A DNA stretch of 64,000 nucleotides. It comes from the human T2T-CHM13v2.0 reference genome, Homo sapiens. Positions 1 through 12,757 of the stretch are shown here, piece after piece. The stretch lies in NCBI RefSeq assembly GCF_009914755.1, contig NC_060925.1; one strand, given 5' to 3'. Every line of letters begins with the position of its first letter. Positions within the stretch are counted from its first letter, which is position 1. The position numbers and the translations under genes are program-made. The notes beneath the pieces are model-generated. The model saw nothing but the letters and a program-made list of their open reading frames with translations, had not been told where the DNA came from and made no database searches.

Positions 1-43
1 GATCTGCCTTTGGTTCTAACTGTCAGTCATCCTCACGCCCAGG

Positions 44-178
44 CCGGGGTTAGAGGTGGCGTCCCTTTTCTCTGGCTCAGGCACCCCTGGCCTAGTGGGG
101 TTACTGGTGGCGTTCCCCTATCTCAGGCCACACCTGGCCTAGCTGGTGTTAGTGGTGGCATCCCCTTGTCTCTGGCCC
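44..178. repeat. Degenerate ~45-50 bp tandem repeat, about 3 copies
   Basis: The motif ggggtta-(g/c)-(a/t)ggtggc(g/a)tcccc...tct..ggc..cacc(c)ctggcctag recurs three times with divergence. Confidence 0.55.
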
Positions 179-840
179 ACAGAACCCCTCCGGTCCACAC
201 ACACACTCAGGTCCAGGTACCACCCGGCTGAACCCGTAGCAGGTGCTTAGTAGAATTACGTGAGGAGCCAGCATCCCCGCTCCCAGCCACCTCCCCTCGC
301 CCGTCTCAGCTCAGTCTCCCCCGTGCCTTTCCCACCCTCTCTCTTCCAAGCCCACCACCGTATGGGGCCCACCAGCACCATGGGATCCAGGGAGAGCCCG
401 ATCCTGGGTGCAGCCTTGGTGCCAGCCGGGCCCCTGATCTTGTCTCTCAACCACTCTTGGTTTACCGGGAGTGGACAGATGAGGACAGATGGCTGCCTGT
501 GGAGTGACGGGCTCCTTCTCTTCGGAGCACTGTCTAATCTGAGTGTGAGTCCAACCCTGCCCGAGCCGGAACTCAAGGAGACCATGAAGCCACCCTTGGC
601 CTCTAGCTGGGAGAGGTCTGCGTCCCTGCAGCGAGCACGCCAGGTGATCTCTGGCACACACTTGCCGCGGGCTGTCTCTCGGAAGGTAGTCAGCGGCCCT
701 GGCTTCCCACCTGGGTCCCACCACTGCAGAATCACCCCCGTGGCTGCCCACAGGGGCGGCTTCCATCACCCTGCTTCTTCCTGGCTGCTGCGGGCTGTGT
801 TGTGACTTCCATCCCAGCCTGAGAGGCCTGCGAAGGGCTT

Positions 841-918
841 GCCACCGACTGCCAGCCCTGCCTCTGCCACCGACCGCCGGCCCTGCCTCTGCCACCGACC
901 GCCGACCCTGCCTCTGCC
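841..918. repeat. 25-bp minisatellite, 3 copies
   Basis: gccaccgac(t/c)gcc(a/g)(g/a)ccctgcctct at 841, 866 and 891. Confidence 0.9.
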
Positions 919-1399
919 GTTTCCTTGCCACCCATCAGCTCTTGAGGCTTTTAGGAAGAAGTGTGGCTGTTTTGGCCAGATTGCTTTAGCTGTCCTCAGC
1001 AGGGTTGGTGTGGGGTCACCACCACCCCCATGTGACCTTGGCAGAAGGAAGGTCCTCCTCCCATTCACCCAACGCCTGCAACTCAGTGGTTCTGAGCAAT
1101 CCCAGAGTTACATGACGTCATCGCGATCACTTTCATCACCCTGTACCCAGAGAAGACCCGAACCCACTCCAGCCTCTCCCCACACCCTGCAGTGGCTGCT
1201 CCGCCAGGCTGTGTGGCTCTGCCTGGTCTGCACATGTCATGGAAGTGGACCTGGGCACACCGCGGCCTTTCGTGCCTGCCCTCCCCTCAGCATTGTCTCC
1301 ACAAGCTGCACCCACACAGTAGCACGTGGCACTGCCTCCTTCCTGCGCTGAACCCCACCCACTGCGTCCACTGCGTGGAGACTGCACCTCTGCATCCGT

Positions 1400-1600
1400 C
1401 CTCAGTGGACATAGGGTGGCCTCCACTTTCTGGCCATTGTGAATTGTGCTGCCGTGAACACCTGTGAACCCGCTTCTGGGTGGACTCGTGCTGCTGTGAG
1501 CACCTGTGAACCCGCTTCTGGGTGGACACGTGTTTATTTCTCTTGGGCACGTGCTCAGGGCGCAGTTGCAGGTCCGGTGGTCTCAGTCTAGCCTTTCAGG
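1400..1600 (-). mobile_element. Old L1M 3'-region remnant containing a 42-bp tandem duplication (1446-1487 / 1488-1529)
   Basis: ttgtgaattgtgctgccgtgaacacc...gtgtttatttctcttgggca resembles the antisense L1M 3' motif ttgtgaataatgctgctatgaacatt...ttttcatttctcttgggta. The 42-mer gtgctgcYgtgaRcacctgtgaacccgcttctgggtggacWc is present twice. Confidence 0.55.
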
Positions 1601-3278
1601 GGGGCCACCTGTTCCTGCAGCGGCTGCTTTCTGGTCCCTTTGGGGGCCCCCTCAGTCTGTGCTGGACTTAGTTCCATGGCTGTAGTGGGCACAGCTTGAG
1701 AACAGTCCCTCGGTGGGTGTCAGCTCCATGTGGGAGTGGGGCACGTGTGAGGCCTTGGTCCCCACCTGTGGACTCAGGGTCTCTTTCACAGACTGCGGGG
1801 AAGGCAGTGGGAGCAGCAGGAATGGATGGTGAAAGGACACAGTGCCCGCCCCCCGAGTGTCCGAGGGTAGAGCTGGGACAGGGTCACAGTCACCCCAAAG
1901 CCGCCCCCTCCTTGCCTATCCCCAGCTGAACCAGCACCACTCAGGCAGTCGCCGCCACTGGGGTGTGACTCTGGGGCCCGGCACCGGGTCCCCAACACTG
2001 CTTTCCTCCTGGAGCCTGGCCTCTGCACACTGCCCTGGAGAAGAGAGGCAGTGTGTGTGCAGAGGGCCCCGTCAGCCAGGCAGATCCACCTGCCTTGCCC
2101 CTGCACTGGGAGGTGGCGCTCATCTTGTCGGGGGCTCCCATGGGCCGTGTCTAGACCCCACCCTCCGCCGGTCCAGGCACATCCTCAGGCTCCTAATCCT
2201 GAGTCCTCCGGTTTGGCTGTGGGAGCAAAGGCCGTGGGGAAGTTGCTGGGCCTGTCCCGGGTGAGCTTTGAGTGATGGACAGGCTCATTCTGAAGGAACT
2301 GGGTCCAGACAGCACGTCCTGGCCTGGTGGCTGGGGCTGCCACTCTAAGAGGGTCCCCATCCCCGCAGGATCCCCGGTACTTGGCACACTGCAAAGCCTG
2401 AGTATTTGTGGATCACGTGATCTGTGCTAGTGACTATCAGGAGTCTGAGATTTGAAGCGATGGATTTCCCAGCATGGTCCCAGCTCCCCACTGATGTGAA
2501 AGGTGGTGGTGAGTTAACAGCTGAGCCACCACCTGCTGCCCAACCCCACGTGTCCCACACGGCCGGGCGGTGCTGCGCTAACTCATCTCCCCCTGGATGG
2601 AAACGTTTGCGTGGTGACAGCCGATTCTCTTGAGAGTCATTTGCTGCCCATGTTGCTGGGGAGATTCTGCCTCAGGGCCAGGAGTGGTTTGCTCCTCCCA
2701 CCCCGGGCCCAGGGCTGCTGGTGGGAGGCCCCAGGGAGGAGCAAGGACTCTAATGCTTCGTGTGGTGGGAGCCTCAGGACTTTCCCACGTGCGACAGGCA
2801 CGTTCCTGGGAGCTCGGTGGGAGGAACCCAGCCACGTTGTGTGCTGCGCAAGGAGCCGGCGGCAGGGAGGGGAAAACGGAAAGACGCAGAGGAGGGCAGG
2901 TGACAGGAGGCCCACAGAGAGATGGCTGGGTCTGGGCAGCGGGTGGGAGCAGGAGGGAGGCGGTTATGGGAGACGTGGAGCAGTGGAGGCCGTCAGAAGT
3001 GGGGATCACAGCTGTGACCTCATGGAGAGGGACAAGCCCCACAGCTGGGCTGGTGCCAGCTCCACTACCCAGGGCCAACCTGTGTGGCCGTAAAATTCTC
3101 AAGCCTGGAGTGTGTAGAAGGCAGCAGTGCCCTGGCCTGGCCACCCGCGAACCCCTCTGTCCACCCCATGCTGCGTGGCACAGGGCAGGCGTGGGGCCTC
3201 TAGCTGGAGCCTTGAGTGGGTGGATCCTCGGTGGGGCTTTAAGGCCAACCTGTTTATGAAAATGCATGGGGACTGACT

Positions 3279-3690
3279 GCAGATGCACAGACAACTCAGA
3301 TGCACAGACGCCCGGACGACGTGGACACCCAGACGATGTGGACGCACAGACGACATGGACGCACAGACGATGTGGATGCACGGACGACGTAGACACACGG
3401 ATGACTCATCCACAGATGACTCAGATGCACGGACACCCAGACGACGCGGACGCACAGACGACGCGGACGCACAGATGACGTGGACGCACAGATGACGTGG
3501 ACGCACGGACGACGTGGATGCATGGACGACGTGGACGCACAGATGACCTGGACGCACGGACGACGTGGACGCACGGATGACTCAGATCCCCAGACGACTC
3601 AGATGCACGGACACCCAGATGACATGGATGCACGGACGACTCAGATCCACAGATGACTCAAACGCACAGATGACTGGGATGCTCAGATGA
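3279..3690. repeat. ~17-bp CpG-rich minisatellite (VNTR), >20 variant units, in PRKCZ intron
   Basis: Units GGACGCACAGACGACGT / GGACGCACAGATGACGT interspersed with GATGACTCAGATGCAC variants. Confidence 0.92.
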
Positions 3691-5770
3691 CCGCTGCTGT
3701 GCTGCCACCCCAGGGCTCTCTGGGCGTTTCCTGTGGTTTGGGCACCAGGAGCCTGGGAGTCCCATGCTGCCCCCAGGGCACTACCTCCTGGGCCCAGCCC
3801 TGCATCCGGTGGCAGGGCTCACCGTCATCACCCCAACAGTGCAGGGTGGTCTCAGGGACCTCCTCTCATCATTGCCAAGAACTGGCTCCAGGATGTTTCC
3901 ATGTGGCCGGCTAGTATGGCCAAAGTGGACCCTGGCGTGCTGTCCCCTTGGACGCCTCCAGGCCCTGCCCAGCACGTGGGGCTCGTCCATCCTGTGCCTG
4001 ACCATGCTCTGCCATGCGGGGCCTAGCCCAGCCCCCCAGCCCTGCTGCTTCTCCCCACCCCACCCCCGCCACCTCCACCAAGCCACCAGCATCCTGCCTG
4101 GCCCTAAGGACAGCAGGGTCGTCCTGTGTCCAAAAGCCTCCTCCCCCTCAGCCCCTTCACTCGGGTCTCATGGGGCCCCTCTGTGGCCCCCAGCACACAA
4201 GGCACGCACCCACTATGGGGCCTTTGCACAGCTGTGCCCTCCCCAGGCTCCAGCCCTCACCTCCCCCAGGCTATTTCTCAGATGTCCCTTCAGAACTAGA
4301 GCCCTTGGGCCCCCAGCCCCATTGACACGGAACGGGCCCCCTGTTGTATCTCAGGTCACTGCTGTGGTTGCAGCCACAGGGGCAACACCTGTTACTGCCA
4401 CAGCGTCCGACCTGGGGCCAGCGTGCATTCAAACGCACTGCTCTGAGAGGCCAGGACGTCCATGGGTTGGGCGCAGGGGGCGGCGGTGGGAAAAGGTGTC
4501 AGGCACCATGGGTCCCGACCTGGAGCCCACGTGCCAGCTGCAGAGATGGGCACTGAAGGCTTTTGAGCAAGAGGAGGAGGTAACGCTGGCCCCTGGGGAT
4601 GCTGTCAGGGAAACTGAGGCAATCTTGAGCCCTCGGAGCAGAGAACGGGCTGGGCCAGGGGCTGGAGGACCCTGGGCCAGCTCCAGCTGGGTCCTGCTCT
4701 GTTCCCACCCCTGCTGCTTATTAAACCCTTGTAAAGCAGCACAGGACTAAGGTAGGGAAAGTACTTTAGGAAATGCCCCTTTTTCACATTTTATCAGCAG
4801 GTGTTTCATACAAAGAATACAAGTAACTGATGAATGAAGGGGGCATCTTGTGTCCCCACAATCCTGCTGTGCGCACACCACAGGTGAGCCGTTCTGCCTA
4901 AGGGAACAGCCCCGGCCCCTCCCTCCGGCTCCTCCCCAGCACCGTCTCCTCCACCCAGTGGCCTGGCCGTGGATGCTGCCTGTGGCCCAGCTTTGAGACA
5001 CCGCCCTGACACGTGTCCAGCCTTACGTGGAAGGATTTGTCTGTTTTGTGGCATCCTAGTAGATGCCACGTTAGTAGATGCCATGTTAGTAGAAGGGATG
5101 TGGGCATTTCTTTGTAAGTTCCCAAAAGCCTATGAGGGTTTTTTCCACGATTCCGTTCCCAGTTTGGCTTTTGTTGTTGTTGTGGCTGTTCTTGGCCCCC
5201 CTGGGCCCTGCAGTGGAGTGGGGGGCTGCACCTGGGAGCCTCGAGCTGAGGCCCAGCCCCTCCTGCCCTGCATTTTCCTGCCAAGCAGCACCTGAGACTC
5301 TGAAGCCGATGCCTATACAGGCAGAAACCTGCCAATTCCAGCTTGAACGACTGGAGGGTCCTGAGGATGGGGGTCCCTGGGGTGCCATCATGGGCAGGGT
5401 GCATCTGTTTGGGTATGCTGCCCCCCAGCTGGCGGGGCACCGGGGACAGGCACAGCCACACTGGGGGCATTTCTGGTCTTGGAAGCCTTCTTGGCTCTTC
5501 CGGAGGGAAGGCGGCTGCTGGGTGCCCTGTGATCCACCCGCGAGCTGGGCTGTTCGGCTTGGTCTGCAGGGGCTGGGGGGCTGCATTTCTTTTCACCAGC
5601 TGCACCCACCCGGCCCCATCCTGGCTGGCACCGAAGGGAGCAGCGCGCCGTGACATCCTCCCCTCAAGCCTGGTGAATGGTGGTTCCATGAGGCTGGAGT
5701 CAGTGGGTGCCTGTTGTGACAGCTGGATTTCAGTGTTGGTACAGGAGCACACACCTAAGGGGCGGGCCAG

Positions 5771-6515
<745 letters not shown>

Positions 6516-6516
6516 A

Positions 6517-6884
6517 TGTCTCTTGGTGCTGCTGTAACAGAATACCTGAGCGAGCCTGGGTAATTTCTAGGGAGCAGAGTTCTTTCCCAGCTGTGGAGGT
6601 TGGGAGTCCAGGGTCATGGTGCCAGCAGGCTTGGTGTCTGGTGAGGCCTGATCTCTGCTTCCAAGATGGCGCCCAAACACTGCATTCCCCGGAGGAGAGA
6701 GGGGAGGAAGGCCACGTGTCCACATGGCAGAAGGCAGAGAGGAATCCATGCCCAAGCTGTCTTGACAGCTACAGGAGTTTGTCTGTGAGGGCGGGGCTCC
6801 CATCAGGTTCCACCTCTCTACACTGTTGCTCTGGGGAATGAGTTTCTCACTGTGAATCTGGGGGGCACATTCAGACCCTATTGT
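6517..6884 (-). mobile_element. MaLR LTR remnant (MLT1A/MST-like)
   Basis: tgctgctgtaacagaatacc...ctgggtaattt...ggaggttgggagtcca...tctggtgaggcc...ctctgcttccaagatggcg...gggggcacattcagacc matches the antisense MaLR LTR pattern. Confidence 0.75.
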
Positions 6885-7557
6885 GGGTGAGTGGGAGAGC
6901 ATGGCTGTGTCACTGGGACAAGTGGCCATGAGTCGGGGGAACTGAGGGGTTTTCAGTGTCCTCACCCGTATGTGTTGTGGCACCTGTGCCAGGCACCAGC
7001 GTTCTGCCCTCCCCGGCACAGGCGCATCACCGAGTCCCAGGCCCGCCTGCTGGGCATTTTCCTGCCAAGCAGCACCTGAGATTCTGAAGTCGATGCCTGG
7101 ATAGGCAGAAATGGGCCGGCAGGAGGCTCCTGACAGACGGGTCTGTGCAGTGCCAGCGCAGGCAGGGTGCTGTGGCCAGGTCCTACACCTTTATGGTCAG
7201 GGTTCCAAGACGTCATGAGACGGCTTGTTCAGCCAGTTAGTTGTCGGTGCCCCTCTGAACAAGGACCCCCCCAAGGAAGGGGGTGGCCTCGCATGGGTGG
7301 CTGGGGATCCTGCTCCGTCCCACATGTGGCCAGCATGGCCGACACTGGCATTTCTCAGCTCGACAACAATTTTTCTGACTTTGGATATTTTCTAGATTTT
7401 GTGTTGTAAGAAAAAACACTTGGCAGTCAAATACTAGGCAGATTGAAATGCTGACTTTCTCACTGTTTCATTTTGTGATTGAAGTGCGTGCAAAACACTC
7501 AATCTGGTAGGGATGATGCCCGCGCGGAGCTGACCCTTCTCCTATTGTTTTTCCAAG

Positions 7558-7673
7558 CTGGAGAAGAAGCAGGCGCTCCCTCCATTCCAGCCACAGATCA
7601 CAGACGACTACGGTCTGGACAACTTTGACACACAGTTCACCAGCGAGCCCGTGCAGCTGACCCCAGACGATGA
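7558..7673 (+). CDS. PRKCZ: Protein kinase C zeta, penultimate coding exon ([38 protein letters not shown], includes the turn motif)
   Basis: Acceptor ctattgtttttccaag and donor GA|gtgagt. Translation is the AGC-kinase C-terminal tail with the NFD motif and turn-motif LTPDD of PKC-zeta. Confidence 0.97.
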
Positions 7674-7896
7674 GTGAGTCCCACTGGGTGCGGGTCCCTG
7701 GAGCACCCCTCGGGCAGCCCCATGGCAGGCCGGCACCTTGGGCAGCTGGTGACCCAGCCTGCCCTTGAGTCCCACCCGCCTGGTGTCATCTCTCCAGTGG
7801 GCGTTGGGGGAGGATTCTTATGCGAACGTGACTCCGCTTCCCCCAAGGGAATGAACACACGGTCACCCCCCTCCCCCCTGCCACCTTTGCCCACAG

Positions 7897-7984
7897 GGAT
7901 GCCATAAAGAGGATCGACCAGTCAGAGTTCGAAGGCTTTGAGTATATCAACCCATTATTGCTGTCCACCGAGGAGTCGGTGTGA
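7897..7984 (+). CDS. PRKCZ: Protein kinase C zeta, last coding exon ((E)[28 protein letters not shown])
   Basis: Acceptor ccacctttgcccacag, phase-compatible with the previous exon (GA|G). Atypical-PKC hydrophobic motif FEGFEY and C-terminal -ESV PDZ ligand; TGA at 7982-7984. Confidence 0.97.
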
Positions 7985-8345
7985 GGCCGCGTGCGTCTCT
8001 GTCGTGGACACGCGTGATTGACCCTTTAACTGTATCCTTAACCACCGCATATGCATGCCAGGCTGGGCACGGCTCCGAGGGCGGCCAGGGACAGACGCTT
8101 GCGCCGAGACCGCAGAGGGAAGCGTCAGCGGGCGCTGCTGGGAGCAGAACAGTCCCTCACACCTGGGCCCGGGCAGGCCAGCTTCGTGCTGGAGGAACTT
8201 GCTGCTGTGCCTGCGTCGCGGCGGATCCGCGGGGACCCTGCCGAGGGGGCTGTCATGCGGTTTCCAAGGTGCACATTTTCCACGGAAACAGAACTCGATG
8301 CACTGACCTGCTCCGCCAGGAAAGTGAGCGTGTAGCGTCCTGAGG

Positions 8346-8351
8346 AATAAA
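8346..8351 (+). terminator. PRKCZ: PRKCZ polyadenylation signal AATAAA
   Basis: AATAAA ~360 nt after the stop codon, followed by a T/GT-rich downstream element (tgccttttttccgtgagtgg). Confidence 0.85.
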
Positions 8352-8629
8352 ATGTTCCGATGATGTGGAAGCTCCTCTGATGCCTTTTTTCCGTGAGTGG
8401 CGCCTGCCCCACATCTCAGACGCAACCCACACGTAGGGGGGCAGCTTAGGAGCCAGCGGGACACAGGTGGGGGCGGGAGTTGAAGTACCTGTGGGGACAC
8501 ACCGCAATCAAGAATTGTTTCCTAAAAACCCCGGTAAGTTCCTGTTGTTCTTCCTGCAGAGTGTGTCCCAGCCGCTGTGGTCTAGGGTGAAGTGACACCT
8601 TAAGCAGATGGCAGCTGGGCCAGCCAGCT

Positions 8630-8900
8630 CACTGGACCGATGGGGGAAATTGGATCATAGAGATTCTAAAACGTGGCCCACCAAAGCACAATAGACCAAA
8701 AAAGAGAAAAAACTGAACACTAAATCTGCACAAATCATTTCTGACCACACTAAGCAGTGCCTGCACGATGCCTCGTGCGACGCATTTGATTTTTGGAAGA
8801 TATTCTTATCTGTCACACAGCACTGAGAGTTAGGGAAAACTAAAAGATGTGCATGTGACGGACCCCAGCCTTAAAGTTGAACGTGATGACCCTACAAACA
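8630..8900 (+). mobile_element. Probable degenerate L1 fragment
   Basis: A-rich island (aaattggatcatagagattctaaaac...agaccaaaaaaga) resembling old L1 ORF2 3' sequence within a GC-rich background. Confidence 0.4.
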
Positions 8901-10178
8901 CCCAGAAACACAGGCACTCTTCCCAGCGGCGCGGACCTCCTGCTCCCGGGAACACACCCGCGCTCTCCGTCCACCCACCCCTCAGGTGAAGGCACAGCTG
9001 TCCAGAGCTGAGGCTTCCTAGAGGCAGGGCTGCCAGCTGCCAGGTGTCAGGTGTGGCAGAGCCGTCTTCTGAGCTCCCTGGGAGAGGGGGTCGCGCCACC
9101 TCATGCCTCTGAGTGAGGCCTGGTGCACAGGTGTGGAAATTGCCACGCAGCCCTCTTGGCCAGGCGCAGAGACCCCAGGCCTCCATGACTCAGGGGCCGC
9201 TCCACCCCATTGTGCGGCTGGTGGCTTGGGGAAGAGAGACGTAAAACCCCAAGTTAGGAGGTCTGTGCCGCGCCTTGCCTTGCCTCAAGGTCATCCCCAG
9301 CAGGTGAGCGTGGCCCACCCTACACACTCAGGTTTCTCAGGGTGCCACTCCGTGCCTGGCGCTCAGCACGACATGGTGGATTCACACCCAAGCCCCAGGT
9401 GCCAGGACAAGAATGCCAGCGCTGGGCATACTGCCGGCCCATTCCCCCCGGCCCGAGACCCTGGACACCCGCCCCCCCCCCCGCCAGCTCAGGCTTCTAG
9501 GTGGAATGTGGAGACGGGTTTCAGCCACACTCCCAACCTTAGCTGTTGAGACTCAACTCCAAAGACGGAAAGTTAGAAACCCCAGGGCAGAGTCCAGGAG
9601 CCGACCTGGGTCTCACACAGGTGTCCCAGACCAGCGTGGGGATGCCCAGGTGGCCAGGCCCAGCCTGCGGCCGCTGAAGTTACACCTGCCGGGTGAGTAG
9701 GGCTGCCGGGACCCCACCTTGAGTGGGAGACCCCCAGTGTATCCCAGAAGTGGTTAACAAGCAAACTGCTTTCCATGAGCCTCCTTGATTTGTTAAATAT
9801 TGAAGGCACTTACCTAAATACTGCCGTGTTGCCAGTAGCGTGCCGGTTACCAGTTTGGCCGTTCTTGTACACAATGTGTGAGTAATGCTGTGCTCGTCAG
9901 AGGGGAGACTTTTATATTCAGTAATTTGTTTTATAAATTAAAGTGAAGGATGTATTGAAGTGTGGTTTGAAAAATCCTGATATTTGCTAATGGCTCCGGT
10001 CACGACGGTGTCTTTTGGAAGTGGTTCTCGAAAACTCTGGTGACTTGGGGGCTGCACAGTGGGCCTGCGTGGGCGCGGTGCGGGGCAACTGCCCATGGAG
10101 CCCGTGGCTGGCCGGCTCTCCTGTGGATGACACTCACCCTTGACTGCCAGGGTCATTCAAAGTCTTGCACATCCATGA

Positions 10179-10619
<441 letters not shown>

Positions 10620-11399
10620 TAGGCTCCCAGCAAAATGAGCAGAAGGTGCAGCCAAGTCCCCATGCCCCTGCCCTGCCCGTCCTGCCCTGCCCAGCCTCCC
10701 CCACCACAGGACACGCTGCTCACAGCTGCTGGGCCTGCCCTTGTCGTCGCCCCACGCCCAGAGTTCCCGCCCAGCTCGCCCAGGGCACCGTCAGTCCCGT
10801 GGGTGTGGACAGGCACGTGACAGTGTGGATTCACCACTGTGGGGCCATGCAGAGGAGCCCATGCCCCGGAGACCTCCTGTGCTCCGCCTGTGCCTTCCTA
10901 GCCCCTGCACTCTCTTGATGTTTTTGGTCCTCACGGTGTTGCCTTTTCCAGAACCCCCTAGGGTTGGAATCACAGTGTGTAGCATTTTCTTTCCCTTAGT
11001 GATCTGCATTTATGGCTCCGTGTTTTTTGCGGCCTATCTGAGGCCATGATTGAAAGGAAAATACAGACGTCTGGGTGTTCACACCACGTCTGCCCCCAGA
11101 TCTGTTCCCTCAGCCACCACAAACGGGGGTCAGAGCTGAGCCCGCAAAGCCCGGCTCTCCAGAACCTGGGGGCTGAACAGCAGTGGACAGGAAGCTCCCT
11201 GAAGACGCTGCTTTCTGTGCTCCACTCACACTGTGAGCCCAGGCAGACGGTGGCTGACGGATCTGGGTGAACCAGATGCCCACTGCTGCTGTCCTTCCCC
11301 AGAAACTCCGGATTTCAGGAGAAGCTGCCTCAAAACCCCTGGCGAATGATGAGGCCCTGGAGCCCCCGGGGAGTCTCAGCTCCCGCAGCCCTAACAAAC

Positions 11400-11622
11400 G
11401 ACCACAGACCTGGGGCTTCAACCAGACTCTCTCGGCTCCAGAGGACGGCCCTCTTCTGGCCTGTGTCCCCCACGGTAGAAGGAGCAAGGGAACTCCCCAG
11501 GGTCTCCATTATGGGGCACTAATCCCATCGAGAGGCGCCGCCCCGACCTCCTGTCCTGGCAGAGTTCTTGCCTTGTGGTGAGGATTTCAACCTAGGGATT
11601 GGGGAGTTACAGGCCCGCAGCA
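11400..11622 (-). mobile_element. MLT1-like LTR remnant
   Basis: ggggcactaatcccat...aggatttcaacctagggattgggg resembles the antisense MLT1 end. Confidence 0.5.
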
Positions 11623-11699
11623 CACGGTGGCAGGAGCCTTTCCTTTTCATAACTAGCTGCAGCTGCAAGTTCATTTTGGGGAATTAAAACACCACCGAT

Positions 11700-12331
<632 letters not shown>

Positions 12332-12562
12332 CCGTGACTGCACATGAGCTAACCACGCCTGTCCACAAAGTTAGGAAAACGAGCTACCCTCAGCCCGTCC
12401 GCTGTCCACAGTGGGGGCGCCAGGGGAAAGGGGTCAGCTTCCCCGCCTGGGGCTGTGTCTGGTTCTGATTGCACTGCAGTGAATCTGCCCTAAACCAAAC
12501 GTCAGAAAGAAAAGCGGCAGACGTTTCATCACAACACAGAGACAGACAGGAGCCCGCCCTGC

Positions 12563-12568
12563 TTTAAT
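12563..12568 (-). terminator. FAAP20: FAAP20 polyadenylation signal ATTAAA
   Basis: Plus-strand tttaat ~120 nt beyond the stop codon, with GU-rich ctgtctgtctctgtgttgtg downstream on the minus strand. Confidence 0.75.
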
Positions 12569-12574
12569 GCGCAT

Positions 12575-12639
12575 GCGGGGGAGCCGAGAGGCGGGGCTGC
12601 TGGCGGGGGAGCCGAGAGGCGGGGCTGCTGGCGGGGGAG
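12575..12639. repeat. Perfect 28-bp tandem repeat (2.3 copies) in the FAAP20 3' UTR
   Basis: gcgggggagccgagaggcggggctgctg at 12575-12602 and 12603-12630, plus a partial third copy. Confidence 0.92.
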
Positions 12640-12684
12640 AGCGTGTCCGGGCGCTGCACTCTGCGCAGGGCTCTTGGATGGCGC

Positions 12685-12757
12685 TCACCACGTCACGTCT
12701 TCTGTGCTTTCGGCCAAGCACTGGGCCAGGTGGCTGTCAACATCCAGCTGGGTCAGC
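12685..12757 (-). CDS. FAAP20: FAAP20 exon 4 ((R)LTQLDVDSHLAQCLAESTEDVTW*), C-terminal half of the UBZ domain
   Basis: Acceptor cccttgcag; carries H166/C170 and terminal Trp180; TGA at 12687-12685. Total spliced CDS is 62+136+272+73=543 nt = 180 aa. Confidence 0.95.

Noticed and set aside
3279-3690. Possible CRISPR-like array
   Set aside because: Head-to-tail variant units without unique spacers, eukaryotic context and no cas genes; it is a minisatellite.
3764-4750. 328-aa plus-strand ORF in the PRKCZ intron
   Set aside because: No kinase similarity, no convincing splice context, and Pro/Ala-rich GC composition.
5048-5093. 8-bp hairpin (gtggcatc/gatgccac) with a 15-bp x2.5 repeat
   Set aside because: Too short to distinguish from ordinary slippage or chance.
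12404-12422. CTCF-like motif between the convergent PRKCZ and FAAP20 ends
   Set aside because: Only the GGGGGCGC half matches; not supportable without PWM scoring or ChIP data.
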